Assembly (NCBI GenBank): GCA_017601145.1
Contig: JAFNIV010000002.1
Span: 23,926-87,925, forward strand
Source of the DNA: Candidatus Brockarchaeota archaeon
Lineage (GTDB): Archaea; Thermoproteota; EX4484-205; JAAOZO01
DNA: 64,000 nt
Reading direction: 5' to 3'
A program made the translations under genes and the position numbers. Numbering within the stretch: the stretch's first letter is position 1; every line of letters starts with the position of its first letter. The notes beneath the pieces were generated by a model that had not been told where the DNA came from, made no database searches, and saw nothing but the letters and a program-made list of their open reading frames with translations. This document shows positions 18,644-28,951 of the stretch, one piece after another.

Positions 18644-19960
18644 GTGGCGATGACTCAAAGAGTAATCATAATGGGTGCTGCAGGGAGGGACTTTCATAAC
18701 TTTAATGTTTACTTTAAAAACAATCCAAACTATAAGGTAGTTGCTTTCACAGCAACTCAAATTCCAAACATCGAAAATAGAAAATATCCCCCTGAGCTAG
18801 CTGGACCATTATATCCTAATGGAATAAATATATATCCAGAATCAGAGTTAGTGGAATTAATAAAGAAAGAGAATGTTGACCTAGTTTGTTTCTCTTATTC
18901 AGATGTTTCTCATGAATACGTTATGCATAAAGCTTCAGAAATACAAGCTGCCGGAGCTTCTTTCCTTCTTCTTGGTCCAAAAGATACGATGCTGCAATCA
19001 AAAAAGCCAGTTATTTCTATCGTAGCTTCAAGAACAGGTTCTGGAAAGAGTCCAACAACTAGGAAGGTGTCAAAAATACTAAAGCAAATGGGTAAAAGAG
19101 TAGTTGTTGTTAGACATCCAATGCCATATGGTGACTTGAGGTTGCAAGTGGTTCAGAGATTTGAAAGTATAGACGATCTTAATAGATACAATTGTACAAT
19201 AGAAGAAAGAGAAGAGTATGAGCCTCATATCGAGAATGGAAATATAGTTTATTCTGGTGTTGATTATAAAAAGATTTTAAGAGAAGCTGAGAAAGAAGCT
19301 GATGTAATTTTATGGGATGGTGGAAACAATGATTTTCCTTTTTTCAAGTCTGATCTCATTATTACTGTTGTTGATCCTCTTAGACCTGGACATGAAGTCA
19401 TGTACTATCCTGGAGAAACAAACGTTAGGATGGCTGATGTCATAGTAATAAGTAAAGTTAGTTCTGCTCCTAAAGAGAACGTAGAAAAAGTTAAAAATAA
19501 TGTGAAGAAGTTGAATCCTAAAGCTGAGATAATAGAAGCTGAGCTTAAACTTCTAGTTGATGAACCGGAACTAATTCGTGGTAAAGTTGCAATTGCTGTA
19601 GATGATGGACCAACTTTAACACATGGTGAACTTGAATATGGAGCAGGTTATATTGCTGCCTTGAGTAATGGTTCTATTAAAATCTTAGATCCTACTCCTT
19701 ATGCGGTAGGCGAAGTAAAAAGCCTAATAGAAAACTATAAGCACCATCTAAAGTCAATGCCAGCTGTAGGCTATAGTAAAGAACAAATAAAAGACTTAGA
19801 AATTTCTTTAAATTCATCTCCTGCTGAAGTAGTTGTAAGTGGAACACCAGTAAATATAAAAAGATTACTAAAACTGAATAAGCCCTTAGTTCAAGTTAAG
19901 TATGAGCTGCAAGAAATTAAAGGATCATTAGAAGATGAGATTAAAAAAAGAATAAAATAG
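18644..19960 (+). CDS. COG2403 P-loop protein, probable arginine synthetase (ArcE); often annotated cyclic 2,3-DPG synthase-like or GTPase
   Basis: GAAGRDFHNFN, TATQIP, RTGSGKS, RHPMPYG, EEREEYE, WDGGNND, DGPTLTHG; followed by OTC. Confidence 0.7.
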   Translation: MAMTQRVIIMGAAGRDFHNFNVYFKNNPNYKVVAFTATQIPNIENRKYPPELAGPLYPNGINIYPESELVELIKKENVDLVCFSYSDVSHEYVMHKASEIQAAGASFLLLGPKDTMLQSKKPVISIVASRTGSGKSPTTRKVSKILKQMGKRVVVVRHPMPYGDLRLQVVQRFESIDDLNRYNCTIEEREEYEPHIENGNIVYSGVDYKKILREAEKEADVILWDGGNNDFPFFKSDLIITVVDPLRPGHEVMYYPGETNVRMADVIVISKVSSAPKENVEKVKNNVKKLNPKAEIIEAELKLLVDEPELIRGKVAIAVDDGPTLTHGELEYGAGYIAALSNGSIKILDPTPYAVGEVKSLIENYKHHLKSMPAVGYSKEQIKDLEISLNSSPAEVVVSGTPVNIKRLLKLNKPLVQVKYELQEIKGSLEDEIKKRIK

Positions 19961-20299
19961 TCTCTTCAAAGAAATTCATGTTTCTTATATGCAGTGTGCA
20001 AAGTTTTGTATTTTTAGCTCCTTCAATGGAAAAGGTAAACATTTTTTGGTTTGGAGGCAACATCTTACTTAAACTCGGAAATAGTTAAAGTTCAAACTTT
20101 GAAAGCCTAATTTCATAATCGAAGAAAAACAAAGAATATTTAGTAGAGACTAAAGCAATAAATTAGAATCCCTAATAAGCCTGTTTTATAGCTATTAGGA
20201 AAACAAAAAGACAAAAATTTTTAGACTAAAATCATAATATACTAAGTTAAGGATTCTTAGCTTAACATTTATAAACTTAAAAAATAAAGGCAATAAACT

Positions 20300-21223
20300 A
20301 TGAAAAAGGATCTTCTTTCTGTTCTGGATCTAAATCCAGAAGAGCTTAAAAAAATTTTCGAACTGGCAAAGGTACTCAAAGATGAAACTAAACTAAAAAA
20401 GAAAGTAAGAGAAGATCTTAAGGGGAAAACTTTAGCTCTCTTGTTCGAAAAGCCCTCCACTCGAACAAGAGTTTCATTCGAAGTTGCTATGTATTTATTA
20501 GGTGGAAATTCTCTTTACTTAAGTGCAAACGAACTCCAACTTTCACGTGGTGAGACCATTGGAGATACAGCAAAAGTTCTTTCTAGATATGTTGATGCTA
20601 TTGCAGCAAGGGTTTTTTCCCATGATAGTTTAGTTGAATTGGCTAAAAATTCCTCAATTCCTGTAATTAATGCTCTTTCCAACTTAGAACATCCTTGTCA
20701 AGCTATTTCAGATATGTTTACGATCCAAGAAATAAAAGGAAAAACTACAGGATTGAAGATTGCCTATGTTGGGGATGGTAACAATGTTGCAAATTCTTTA
20801 ATGTTGGCTGGAAGCATGCTTGGAATGGAAGTTGCTCTTTGCACACCTGTTGGATACGAACCAAACAAAGAGTTGTTAAAGAAAGCACTAGAGATTGCTG
20901 ATAATCAGGGAGGAAAACTTTTGATTTTGCACGATCCATTGGAAGCAGTAAGAGAAGCTGATGTCATTTATACTGATGTTTGGGTCTCAATGGGCTTTGA
21001 AAGAGAAAGAGAAGAGCGAAGAAGAATTTTTTCTAATTATCAAGTGAACTCATATCTTTTGGGAAAAGCAAAAGAGGATGCTATATTTATGCATTGCTTG
21101 CCTGCTCATAGAAATGAGGAAGTTACAGATGATGTTATAGATGGTCCTCATTCTGTAGTTTTTCAGCAATCTGAAAATAAACTTTATGTTCAAGAAGCAA
21201 TTTTAAAACTCTTAATACCATAA
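20300..21223 (+). CDS. argF: Ornithine carbamoyltransferase
   Basis: FEKPSTRTR, HPCQ, GDGNNV, TDVWVSMG, FMHCLP. Confidence 0.96.
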   Translation: MKKDLLSVLDLNPEELKKIFELAKVLKDETKLKKKVREDLKGKTLALLFEKPSTRTRVSFEVAMYLLGGNSLYLSANELQLSRGETIGDTAKVLSRYVDAIAARVFSHDSLVELAKNSSIPVINALSNLEHPCQAISDMFTIQEIKGKTTGLKIAYVGDGNNVANSLMLAGSMLGMEVALCTPVGYEPNKELLKKALEIADNQGGKLLILHDPLEAVREADVIYTDVWVSMGFEREREERRRIFSNYQVNSYLLGKAKEDAIFMHCLPAHRNEEVTDDVIDGPHSVVFQQSENKLYVQEAILKLLIP

Positions 21224-21293
21224 AATTGCTTGTATTTTTTAGAAATGTTTAAATAAGACATTCACTGTTTTAATTGTCTTAAGTGCTATTTTT

Positions 21294-23465
21294 ATGAAAA
21301 TACGTTACTCAACTAATATACTTTTAAAGAACTTAGCCTTTTTTCTAATTTCTTTGTCCTTATTTACTGAATTAGTATCAGCTGAAAGTTCAATACACCT
21401 AAGAGGAGTAATTTCTTATAATGTTAACATAGATCCTGTAAAACTTACTCAGGATGAATCCTTAGTCTATACACTCTACATAAGCAACCAAGAAAGCAGT
21501 GCTTCCATTTTAATGGTTAAAATTGTTTTGAAAAATGTTGTTCCAGATTCAATAAAAATCAGTGAAGGTAATGCAAGTATTGTTAACATTAGAACCTACG
21601 GTAATTTAACTATAGTTGATTTAATGGTAAGTGCACCAAGTGGAGATAGCACCATAGAAATTAAAGCTAAGCCAACAGTACCCCCCATAGGAGTTAATTG
21701 TGCCTTATTAGTTAATTCAAGAATCCCAAAGCTAAGTTACTTTAAAAACTATGAGTTTCTGAGCCTTAATGTTAACGATTCAATAGGTTGGAACATTACA
21801 ATAACCAACAATGAAGCTTCTAATAGTTACTTAAGCAACCTTAAAATTCCTGTACTTTTTTCAGCTGAACTCAATAGTCAGTTTTTAGAAGTTAAAGATA
21901 TAACTCCGCAACCAAACTCTTCAACGTCAGAAGGTACTTATAGTTGGACTCTAATTGTAAGCAATACTACTACAATAAGTATTAATGCAAGAGTAAAAAA
22001 CTTTAGTGATTGGGGTACAATCAGCTTATCTCCGTATACTCTTTCTTATTCGTCATATCAACTTGATAAAGCTAAGGATGCCCTATTAAATGCTAATAAA
22101 AGCTTAAGCGATTATCTTAATTTCTTAAATAGTAGCTATTATTCGGTAAATAGTTCACTAAGTATTTTTACAGAATTCAAAAATAAGCTAGATTTCTTGG
22201 CTAATTCATTAAGTTTAGAAGGGGAAACTCTTCAACTAATAGGAAAAAATTTAACATCTGCAGCAAAGAATCTTGATAATACTATTCTGGACCTTGATGT
22301 GGTAATTTCTTCAGTAAGTACTGCAGCAAGTTTCTTAAGTACGCCTCAAGTTGGTTACTTCATAAGTGATTTACCAGAATTGTTGCAAGAAGCAAGAAAC
22401 AGCTTACAAAGCATTAGTTCTTCTCAAGCTTCAGACATTTTGCAGTTGCTAGAGTTAAACCAAACTTTAAGTTATGTCTATTACTACACTACAAATAGCT
22501 CGTTAAAGCAAAGCGTTCTAAATTCAATTAATATAGTAAATGGATTGATAAGAAATGCTAGACAAAGGCAAAGCATATTGAACAATACTCTAAACTTCTT
22601 ATCTCAGGTTAATGCTGAAGATTTGAAAAATACTCTAAGTACTGTTAGAAACCAAGTTCTAAAGTTAAGTTCTTCTCTTTCAAGTATGAAGAATAACATA
22701 CTTTCGTTTAAAAGTTCATTGGTGACGCTTGGCAATTCTTTAGTAAAAGCTGGCGAAATGAATATTGAACAAAGTAATATCATAAAAAACGCAACTAGAA
22801 ACCTTGAAGCTCAAATAAACACTACACAATCCCAATTGAATGAACTCATGAATAAAATTAATGATGTTGAAAAAAATCTAGAAAATGTAAGAAATGAGAT
22901 AAAAAGCTTAGATAATAAGCAAAAAGAACTGATTTATATTTCTCCTGAAATTTTAGATGAAAATTATATAGCTACAATAAATGGGGGCGGAAAAATATTT
23001 CAAGAGAACATAACAAGTGCTTTTAAAAAAGATTCTATATTTATTCAGTATTTAATACTCTATAACAATTCAGATAAACCTATAGTAATTCCAATTTTTA
23101 ACTTTGCTAAAGAAACTAAAGAAAGTCTCTTTGACCTTAATGGAGTTCCATTAAACATAACTCTGGGCTCCTCTAGCAGTTATGTTACTGTAATTGCCAG
23201 AGTAGGAGAAGTAAATGACTTGGAGGAAAATTATTTTGCTAATATAGTACAATACAATATAGCAAACGTAAACATTTCAAAAAATCAATTTAATTTTAAC
23301 CCTTCTAAAAAGCAAGAATCATTTACTAACTATCAATACTTGCTAGTTCCAATTTGTATAGTTGCTGGATTTGTTGTTGTAGCAATGTATTCCAAATCTT
23401 TAATCCAAAAATCCAAAAGAAGAAAAAAGTTAAATAAAATATTAAGTAGAATCAAGTTACCTTAA
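21294..23465 (+). CDS. Large surface-anchored protein: signal peptide, beta-rich domains, long helical coiled coil, C-terminal TM
   Basis: N-terminal hydrophobic signal, many N-x-S/T sequons, S/N/L heptad region, C-terminal TM followed by KSKRRKK. Confidence 0.75.
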   Translation: MKIRYSTNILLKNLAFFLISLSLFTELVSAESSIHLRGVISYNVNIDPVKLTQDESLVYTLYISNQESSASILMVKIVLKNVVPDSIKISEGNASIVNIRTYGNLTIVDLMVSAPSGDSTIEIKAKPTVPPIGVNCALLVNSRIPKLSYFKNYEFLSLNVNDSIGWNITITNNEASNSYLSNLKIPVLFSAELNSQFLEVKDITPQPNSSTSEGTYSWTLIVSNTTTISINARVKNFSDWGTISLSPYTLSYSSYQLDKAKDALLNANKSLSDYLNFLNSSYYSVNSSLSIFTEFKNKLDFLANSLSLEGETLQLIGKNLTSAAKNLDNTILDLDVVISSVSTAASFLSTPQVGYFISDLPELLQEARNSLQSISSSQASDILQLLELNQTLSYVYYYTTNSSLKQSVLNSINIVNGLIRNARQRQSILNNTLNFLSQVNAEDLKNTLSTVRNQVLKLSSSLSSMKNNILSFKSSLVTLGNSLVKAGEMNIEQSNIIKNATRNLEAQINTTQSQLNELMNKINDVEKNLENVRNEIKSLDNKQKELIYISPEILDENYIATINGGGKIFQENITSAFKKDSIFIQYLILYNNSDKPIVIPIFNFAKETKESLFDLNGVPLNITLGSSSSYVTVIARVGEVNDLEENYFANIVQYNIANVNISKNQFNFNPSKKQESFTNYQYLLVPICIVAGFVVVAMYSKSLIQKSKRRKKLNKILSRIKLP

Positions 23466-23479
23466 AACAGTTAATTATC

Positions 23480-24367
23480 TTATAACCTAAGAGTCTCTCT
23501 TTTCTGCTCTATTTCTCGTATTTCGTTTTCCAATGTTTCCTCATCAATTTCTCCATCTATAAATCGTCGTTTTACAACTTCTTCTTCAAAGTCTATGATT
23601 GATTTATATATTTTTCCTTCGTCCTTATTCAAAAAATTTTCACTTTCTAAAACTTTCATCTTTAAGAAATCTTCTGGTGGCTTTTCATATATTATTCCAT
23701 CTCTAATGAATTTTATATTCTTTGTAAAAGTTGCAACCTCAGCATTATGTGTAACTATAACAAAAGTTTTCTTTGTTACTTCGTTAAGAAATCTTATTGT
23801 AGATAAAAATTTAGATGTGGACTCTAGATCAAGGTTTCCAGTTGGTTCATCAGCTAAAATCACTGCAGGATCGTTGGCTAAGGCTCTTGCTATCGCTACC
23901 ATTTGTTGTTGGCCACCAGAAAGTTGTCTCGGTGTGTTCTTAAACCTCTGTTCTGGTAATCCAACTAATGAAAGTAGTAACTTTGCTCTTATTTCTGCTT
24001 CCTTACTGTTGTACTTTCTTGAGAATAGCATTGGCAGAGCAACGTTCTCAACTGCTGTTAGATACGTTACTAAGTTGAAGAACTGAAATACAAATCCTAT
24101 CTTTTCTCTTCTAAATCTAGAGAGCTCACTTTCACTAAAGTTTGTGACATCAATAGAATCTATTTTTACTGCACCTTTGCTAGGTCTATCTAATGTTCCT
24201 ATTACATGAAGAAGTGTCGATTTACCTGAGCCAGAAGGCCCAACTATGGAAACTAAGTCTCCATAGTTTACCTTAATGTTTACGTTCCTTAGTGCATATA
24301 TTTTATAACTTCCCATTATGTAATACTTGTCTACGTTTATGCACTCTAGTGCGTATTTTTCATTCAT
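23480..24367 (-). CDS. ABC ATP-binding protein, LolD/MacB type, with C-terminal extension
   Basis: GPSGSGKST, GFVFQFFNL, LSGGQQQ, LADEPTGNLD, VTHN. Confidence 0.93.
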   Translation of the reverse strand: MNEKYALECINVDKYYIMGSYKIYALRNVNIKVNYGDLVSIVGPSGSGKSTLLHVIGTLDRPSKGAVKIDSIDVTNFSESELSRFRREKIGFVFQFFNLVTYLTAVENVALPMLFSRKYNSKEAEIRAKLLLSLVGLPEQRFKNTPRQLSGGQQQMVAIARALANDPAVILADEPTGNLDLESTSKFLSTIRFLNEVTKKTFVIVTHNAEVATFTKNIKFIRDGIIYEKPPEDFLKMKVLESENFLNKDEGKIYKSIIDFEEEVVKRRFIDGEIDEETLENEIREIEQKRETLRL

Positions 24368-25520
24368 ATCTTAACGCCTCTATTGGCCTTACTTTACTAG
24401 CTTCATAAGAAGGCAATAAACTTGAAGTAAAGCTAACTAGTATGCTTACTATGAATCCTTTCATGTAGGATTGTGCATCAAATACGAACGGAAAACTCAA
24501 ACTTTTTATTATATAATTAGGCAAAATATAATCTACAAGACAATAGGCTCCAATATACCCTAGTATTCCTCCAAGAAAGCCGCCAAAAACTCCTAACATT
24601 ATTCCTTGCGAAGAAAATATAAACAATATATGCCATTGTTCTGCTCCAATTGACTTTAAAACTCCAATTTCTCTTCTTTTTTCTGTAACACTCATCGTTA
24701 TGGCATTCATTGTGCTAAGACCCGCAACTGTTAAACTAACCCCACTAATTGCTATCATAAGTGCATCTATAGTATCTAGAATGTTTGTCAAACCCTTTAA
24801 TAAGTCCCATTCTGTTAAAACTTTCGCTCTGGGGTTTATTGACTTTATTGCAGTTATAACATTGTCTGCAAAAGTAGTATCGTTGAGCCTTACGACAAAA
24901 TATGTAACGTAACCGTTCAAACTTAACAATTTTTGAGCTGTTTCAAGACCAACTACAATTACAGCCCCTTTGCCTGCTGCTAAACCTTGAAAGAATCCTC
25001 CTATTTCTGTAGTGCCTACAAGTTTTAAACTAACCCCTGATCTCTCTGTTTGTGTAATGACTTTTATAGTTCCATTAATTTTTACATTCATCTGTTGCGC
25101 GCTAATATCAGTTGTAAGGAACTCATAACTTGAGTCAGAAGTTGGGAGTCTACCTGTTGGCATAGGTACAAAAGAAGGAATCTCTGAAATTGGTACTCCC
25201 AACAAAAGTGCTCCCGATCCTTTAACTATGCATCCTCCAAGAATAATTGGTACAACTTCTTTCACTCCTGGTATTTTACTTATTTCTCCTCCTACGTAAA
25301 TTGGAATTGGTTCTACATCTTTATCTGAAAAAATTATTGCAGAACCTAATAAAGATTCTACATCCATCTTTACTCTTTCTTTCATTGAGGCAGTTAAGCT
25401 ACTCAGCATTATCATAAAAGCCACTCCTATTGTTATCCCGAGAAGTGTCAGTACTGTTCGTGCTTTCCTAGCTTTCATATCTCTAAATGCATACTTAAAC
25501 AAGTAAGTCGTAAGCCCCAT
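24360..25520 (-). CDS. ABC permease, MacB/FtsX family
   Basis: RTVLTLLGITIGVA, extracellular domain, VTEKRREIGVLKSIGA, PIEALRYE. Confidence 0.93.
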   Translation of the reverse strand: MGLTTYLFKYAFRDMKARKARTVLTLLGITIGVAFMIMLSSLTASMKERVKMDVESLLGSAIIFSDKDVEPIPIYVGGEISKIPGVKEVVPIILGGCIVKGSGALLLGVPISEIPSFVPMPTGRLPTSDSSYEFLTTDISAQQMNVKINGTIKVITQTERSGVSLKLVGTTEIGGFFQGLAAGKGAVIVVGLETAQKLLSLNGYVTYFVVRLNDTTFADNVITAIKSINPRAKVLTEWDLLKGLTNILDTIDALMIAISGVSLTVAGLSTMNAITMSVTEKRREIGVLKSIGAEQWHILFIFSSQGIMLGVFGGFLGGILGYIGAYCLVDYILPNYIIKSLSFPFVFDAQSYMKGFIVSILVSFTSSLLPSYEASKVRPIEALRYE

Positions 25521-25852
25521 CTAACTTCTTAATATTTTTTAGGATTGATTATTATTTAACTTTTTTGAGCAATAAACTCAACAAGAAAAGCTAAGATTCC
25601 AGTTTTTAAGATTAGTTATCAAAAGCTTAAAAGATGTTTAGGTAATATATTTTTCAACTTGTTTCTCATAATGTAGCTTGAGTACTGAAGCTAGTAAAGC
25701 TCAAAATTTAGGAGAAAGAGGTTGCAAGCTGCGATAAGCCTTGAAAATAGTGCTTTCGTAATAAAGCAACTATCTTTTTATAAAATTATAAGGTAAAATC
25801 TATAAGAGGTAAAAAGTATTTATACTTTTGATTCTCTTTTTATATAAAACTA

Positions 25853-26215
25853 ATGATCGTGTACTATTATACTTCAAAGAGCGAATATGACCAGATTATA
25901 AGAACAAAAGAATTTAGACCGTCTTATTTCTTAAAGGTTGTAGATGCTTCTTATGGTGAAGGCTGGTACTTTACTGATTTAAGCCCAACTACACCAAATG
26001 CTGTATTGTACAGTCACTTGTGGTATCAGCCTATGCCTAAGCTAGTTGAACGTTTTTTGGCATTTGATATAAACCCTAATTTCCTTCAAAACGTTCGCCC
26101 ACACGTTTACAGATTAAGTTTAAACGTTCTTCGAGAACCTGTGATAAGACTAAACATGGAGTACTTATTAGGAAATCAAGTTATAATTAAATTTATAATG
26201 GGTGGACAAAAATAA
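25853..26215 (+). CDS. Stand-alone HYD1-type ADP-ribosyltransferase-like domain (Tox-ART-HYD1)
   Basis: VYYYTSKSEYDQIIRTKEFRPS...DASYGEGWYFTDLSP matches the family pattern LYHYT...I......PS...DA.YG.G.Y.TD..P. Confidence 0.65.
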   Translation: MIVYYYTSKSEYDQIIRTKEFRPSYFLKVVDASYGEGWYFTDLSPTTPNAVLYSHLWYQPMPKLVERFLAFDINPNFLQNVRPHVYRLSLNVLREPVIRLNMEYLLGNQVIIKFIMGGQK

Positions 26216-26569
26216 CAACCCATTTTGTCTATTTTAAAGATAAGCTTAATAACTGAGCATAAACAATTCTAATATTTTATTTCCTTTTTTAACTAAACCT
26301 TTTTGTCAAAGTGAAAAACACCAAATTACTTCATGTCTTATGTTATAAGCGATTTTTGTGGTTAAGATACTTCTCTTAACTGATATACTTTTAAAGTTGC
26401 AGAAAGAGTATTAAACATTCAGCAATATACTTGAGCTATCCCAAAAATTTACGTAAAAACAAAATATGTTAAAAAAATCTAAAAGTATAGAAGAAAAATG
26501 TAGCTAAAAAATAAAAAAACCTCCTTAAGTTTTCTTTTCGGTTTTATCTGAAAATCTTCGTTTAGTTTT

Positions 26570-26740
26570 TTATGGTTTCTTCTCCGTTAATACTTTTTCT
26601 AGCTCAGCTATTCTGTCATTAACATACTTAAGCCTTAGTTCTAACTCTGATTTCACGTACTTTAGATGTTCCAGTTCTTCTTCAGGCGTTAGTGGATAGT
26701 AATGATGGTATTTCCATCTCCATCCTGGGTACCATCCCAT
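26570..26740 (-). CDS. DUF5320-like small protein (aromatic-rich N-terminus plus coiled coil)
   Basis: MGWYPGWRW...TPEEELEHLKYVKSELE..L......IAELE; GAGGTGA Shine-Dalgarno upstream of ATG 26740. Confidence 0.75.
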   Translation of the reverse strand: MGWYPGWRWKYHHYYPLTPEEELEHLKYVKSELELRLKYVNDRIAELEKVLTEKKP

Positions 26741-26840
26741 ATCTCTTTTCACCTCTGTACCATTGATACCCATAATCAGTATATAAATGTTTCTTTGATA
26801 CCTAAGTAACCTTTATAAGTATAAGCATAGCATTCATAAC

Positions 26841-27194
26841 ATGCCATTTCATCACCCTCGTTTCCACAGAGGCCCAATGCATAGCTGGATAATGCCTGTA
26901 GGAGGCTTGTTACCACTCATTGTTTTAAAAATACTTAGTAAAAATCCAATGCACGGTTATCAGATAGAAGAAGAACTTTCTAAACTAATTAATAGGGAAG
27001 TGCCTGAAGGCTTCATTTATGGTTTGTTGAAAAGGCTAGAATCCAAAGGATTAGTTACTTTTCAGTGGGAGACCCCTCAAAGTGGACCTGCAAGAAAGGT
27101 TTACAAACTGACTGAAGAAGGAGAAATCTACCTAAAAGAAAGAATAAAATCAATAGAATTGATAAAGCCTATAATCAATTATTTATTATCTTAA
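26841..27194 (+). CDS. PadR-family transcriptional regulator
   Basis: PMHGYQI, IY.LLKRLE.KGLV, GPARKVYKLTEEG. Confidence 0.93.
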   Translation: MPFHHPRFHRGPMHSWIMPVGGLLPLIVLKILSKNPMHGYQIEEELSKLINREVPEGFIYGLLKRLESKGLVTFQWETPQSGPARKVYKLTEEGEIYLKERIKSIELIKPIINYLLS

Positions 27195-27532
27195 GTTCAT
27201 TATTTATACTAAATCAAAAAGTTAACAATTTTCTTACTTAAGTTTTACAAGTAAAGTTTCTTGCGATGTGAGGATGTTTCTAATACTTCTTATTATGAAG
27301 TAGTTTTATAAAAAGTTTTCAATTTTATCTTACTTTTAGAATTTCTATCAATTTTTATAACTATTTTTGTTATTCGTATTAAATTTTTAGTAGACTAAAG
27401 CATTTAAATTAACTTAGCTCGATAAGTTTTAGCAAGATGAAGTAATTAGATTTATTGATAAGGTTAGGAAGTTCACGATTAATAAGTCCTAAACTGTTAT
27501 AATCAAAATTAAGCAAAAGTTACATAAAGTTT

Positions 27533-28774
27533 TTATTGCAGTTCGTTTATATTTTCCTTAATTTTTTCAAAAGCCGCAACTATGTCATCCATGTCTTCCC
27601 TGGAACCTAAAAGTATGTTTTGGCTAATCCAAAGTCCTTCTGAATAGCAAGCTTTCTCTGCTACAGGTAACTTTAACTTAGAATAGTCGACAGATTTACC
27701 ATAGTATGAGCAAGAAAGTGGGCATTTCTTAAAGTACTCAAGATATGGTTCCTTGTAAAGAGGCTTTGTGTACCCTACACTAACTGGAATGCCTTCAGCT
27801 TGAAGAGCTTTTGCTATTTTTTCTTTCGGCAATCCTCCAAATACTTCAGAGTTATACTTAAATATATAAAGGTGATAAGAACTTCTAGTAATTCTTTCAT
27901 CATCCTTAAGTACACTTATACCATCTATCCTCGCTAGTTTTCCATTTAAGTACTTTGCATTTTCCATTCTTTTCATTGTCTGCTCATCAATCCTCTTAAG
28001 CTGTACTAGAAGAACAGCTGCTTGAAATTCGGTCATACGGTAGTTGCCACCAGGAAGATAATGATCATACCATGCCCCTTCTGGTAATCTTCCACAATTA
28101 TGAAGGCTCCAAGCCTTTGTGTATAATTCTTCATCGTTAGTAACTATCATTCCTCCTTCTCCTGAAGTTATATTTTTACTTGATTGAAAACTAAAAGCTC
28201 CCATATTACCTATAGCTCCAACTCTTCTTCCTCTCCATTCAGAACCCCAAGCTTGGCAAGCATCCTCTATTATACATAAATTGTTCTTCTCAGCAATCTT
28301 TAGAAGTTCGTCCATGTTTGCTGGCCTTCCTCCAATATGTACAGGAAGGATCGCTTTTGTTTTTTCTGTAATTGCATCTTCAACTTTTCTTGGATCTATG
28401 TTGTAAGTGTCCGGCTCTATATCGACAAATACTGGTACCGCGTTAACATAAAGTATAGCAGTAGCTGTTGCCATAAAAGTATACGGCGTAGTTATTACTT
28501 CATCTCCGCATCCTATTCCACAAGCTCTAAGTGCAATCTCAAGTGCAGCAGTTCCATTAGTAACTGCAACTCCATATTTTGCATTTTGATAAGAAGAAAA
28601 TTTGTCTTCAAATTCTTTCTTCTTCCTTCCTCCTATTCCCCAAACACCACTTTCCAGTACTTCTTTTAGTGCGTTTAGTTCTTCTTCATCGAATATTGGC
28701 CATGAGGGAAATGGTTTCTCTCTTATTGGTTTTCCGCCGTTTACGGCTAGCTTTGCCATAATTTTTAAATTCAT
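27533..28774 (-). CDS. DegT/DnrJ/EryC1/StrS PLP aminotransferase (RifK/StsC-like)
   Basis: NGTAAL, TFMATA, IEDACQA, SFQSSKNITSGEGG, NYRMTEFQAA. Likely start MAKLAVNGG at 28759. Confidence 0.92.
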   Translation of the reverse strand: MNLKIMAKLAVNGGKPIREKPFPSWPIFDEEELNALKEVLESGVWGIGGRKKKEFEDKFSSYQNAKYGVAVTNGTAALEIALRACGIGCGDEVITTPYTFMATATAILYVNAVPVFVDIEPDTYNIDPRKVEDAITEKTKAILPVHIGGRPANMDELLKIAEKNNLCIIEDACQAWGSEWRGRRVGAIGNMGAFSFQSSKNITSGEGGMIVTNDEELYTKAWSLHNCGRLPEGAWYDHYLPGGNYRMTEFQAAVLLVQLKRIDEQTMKRMENAKYLNGKLARIDGISVLKDDERITRSSYHLYIFKYNSEVFGGLPKEKIAKALQAEGIPVSVGYTKPLYKEPYLEYFKKCPLSCSYYGKSVDYSKLKLPVAEKACYSEGLWISQNILLGSREDMDDIVAAFEKIKENINELQ

Positions 28775-28951
28775 AGAGAAAATATATAAATTTTTAAATT
28801 TTGTTTGTCTTTTACTTTACTCGTGGGACTCTAAAACTCTGGATTCAAATACAAGCTCAGCTTTAATTTATTAAGTAAAATGATATAAGTTTAAGTAGTT
28901 GACGAACAAAAACAAATAAATACTCTTATACGCATACTATAGAGTGAAAAA

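Noticed and set aside
20085-20110. Short palindrome ttcaaactttgaa between the arcE-like gene and argF
   Set aside because: 6-bp AT-rich arms are expected by chance.
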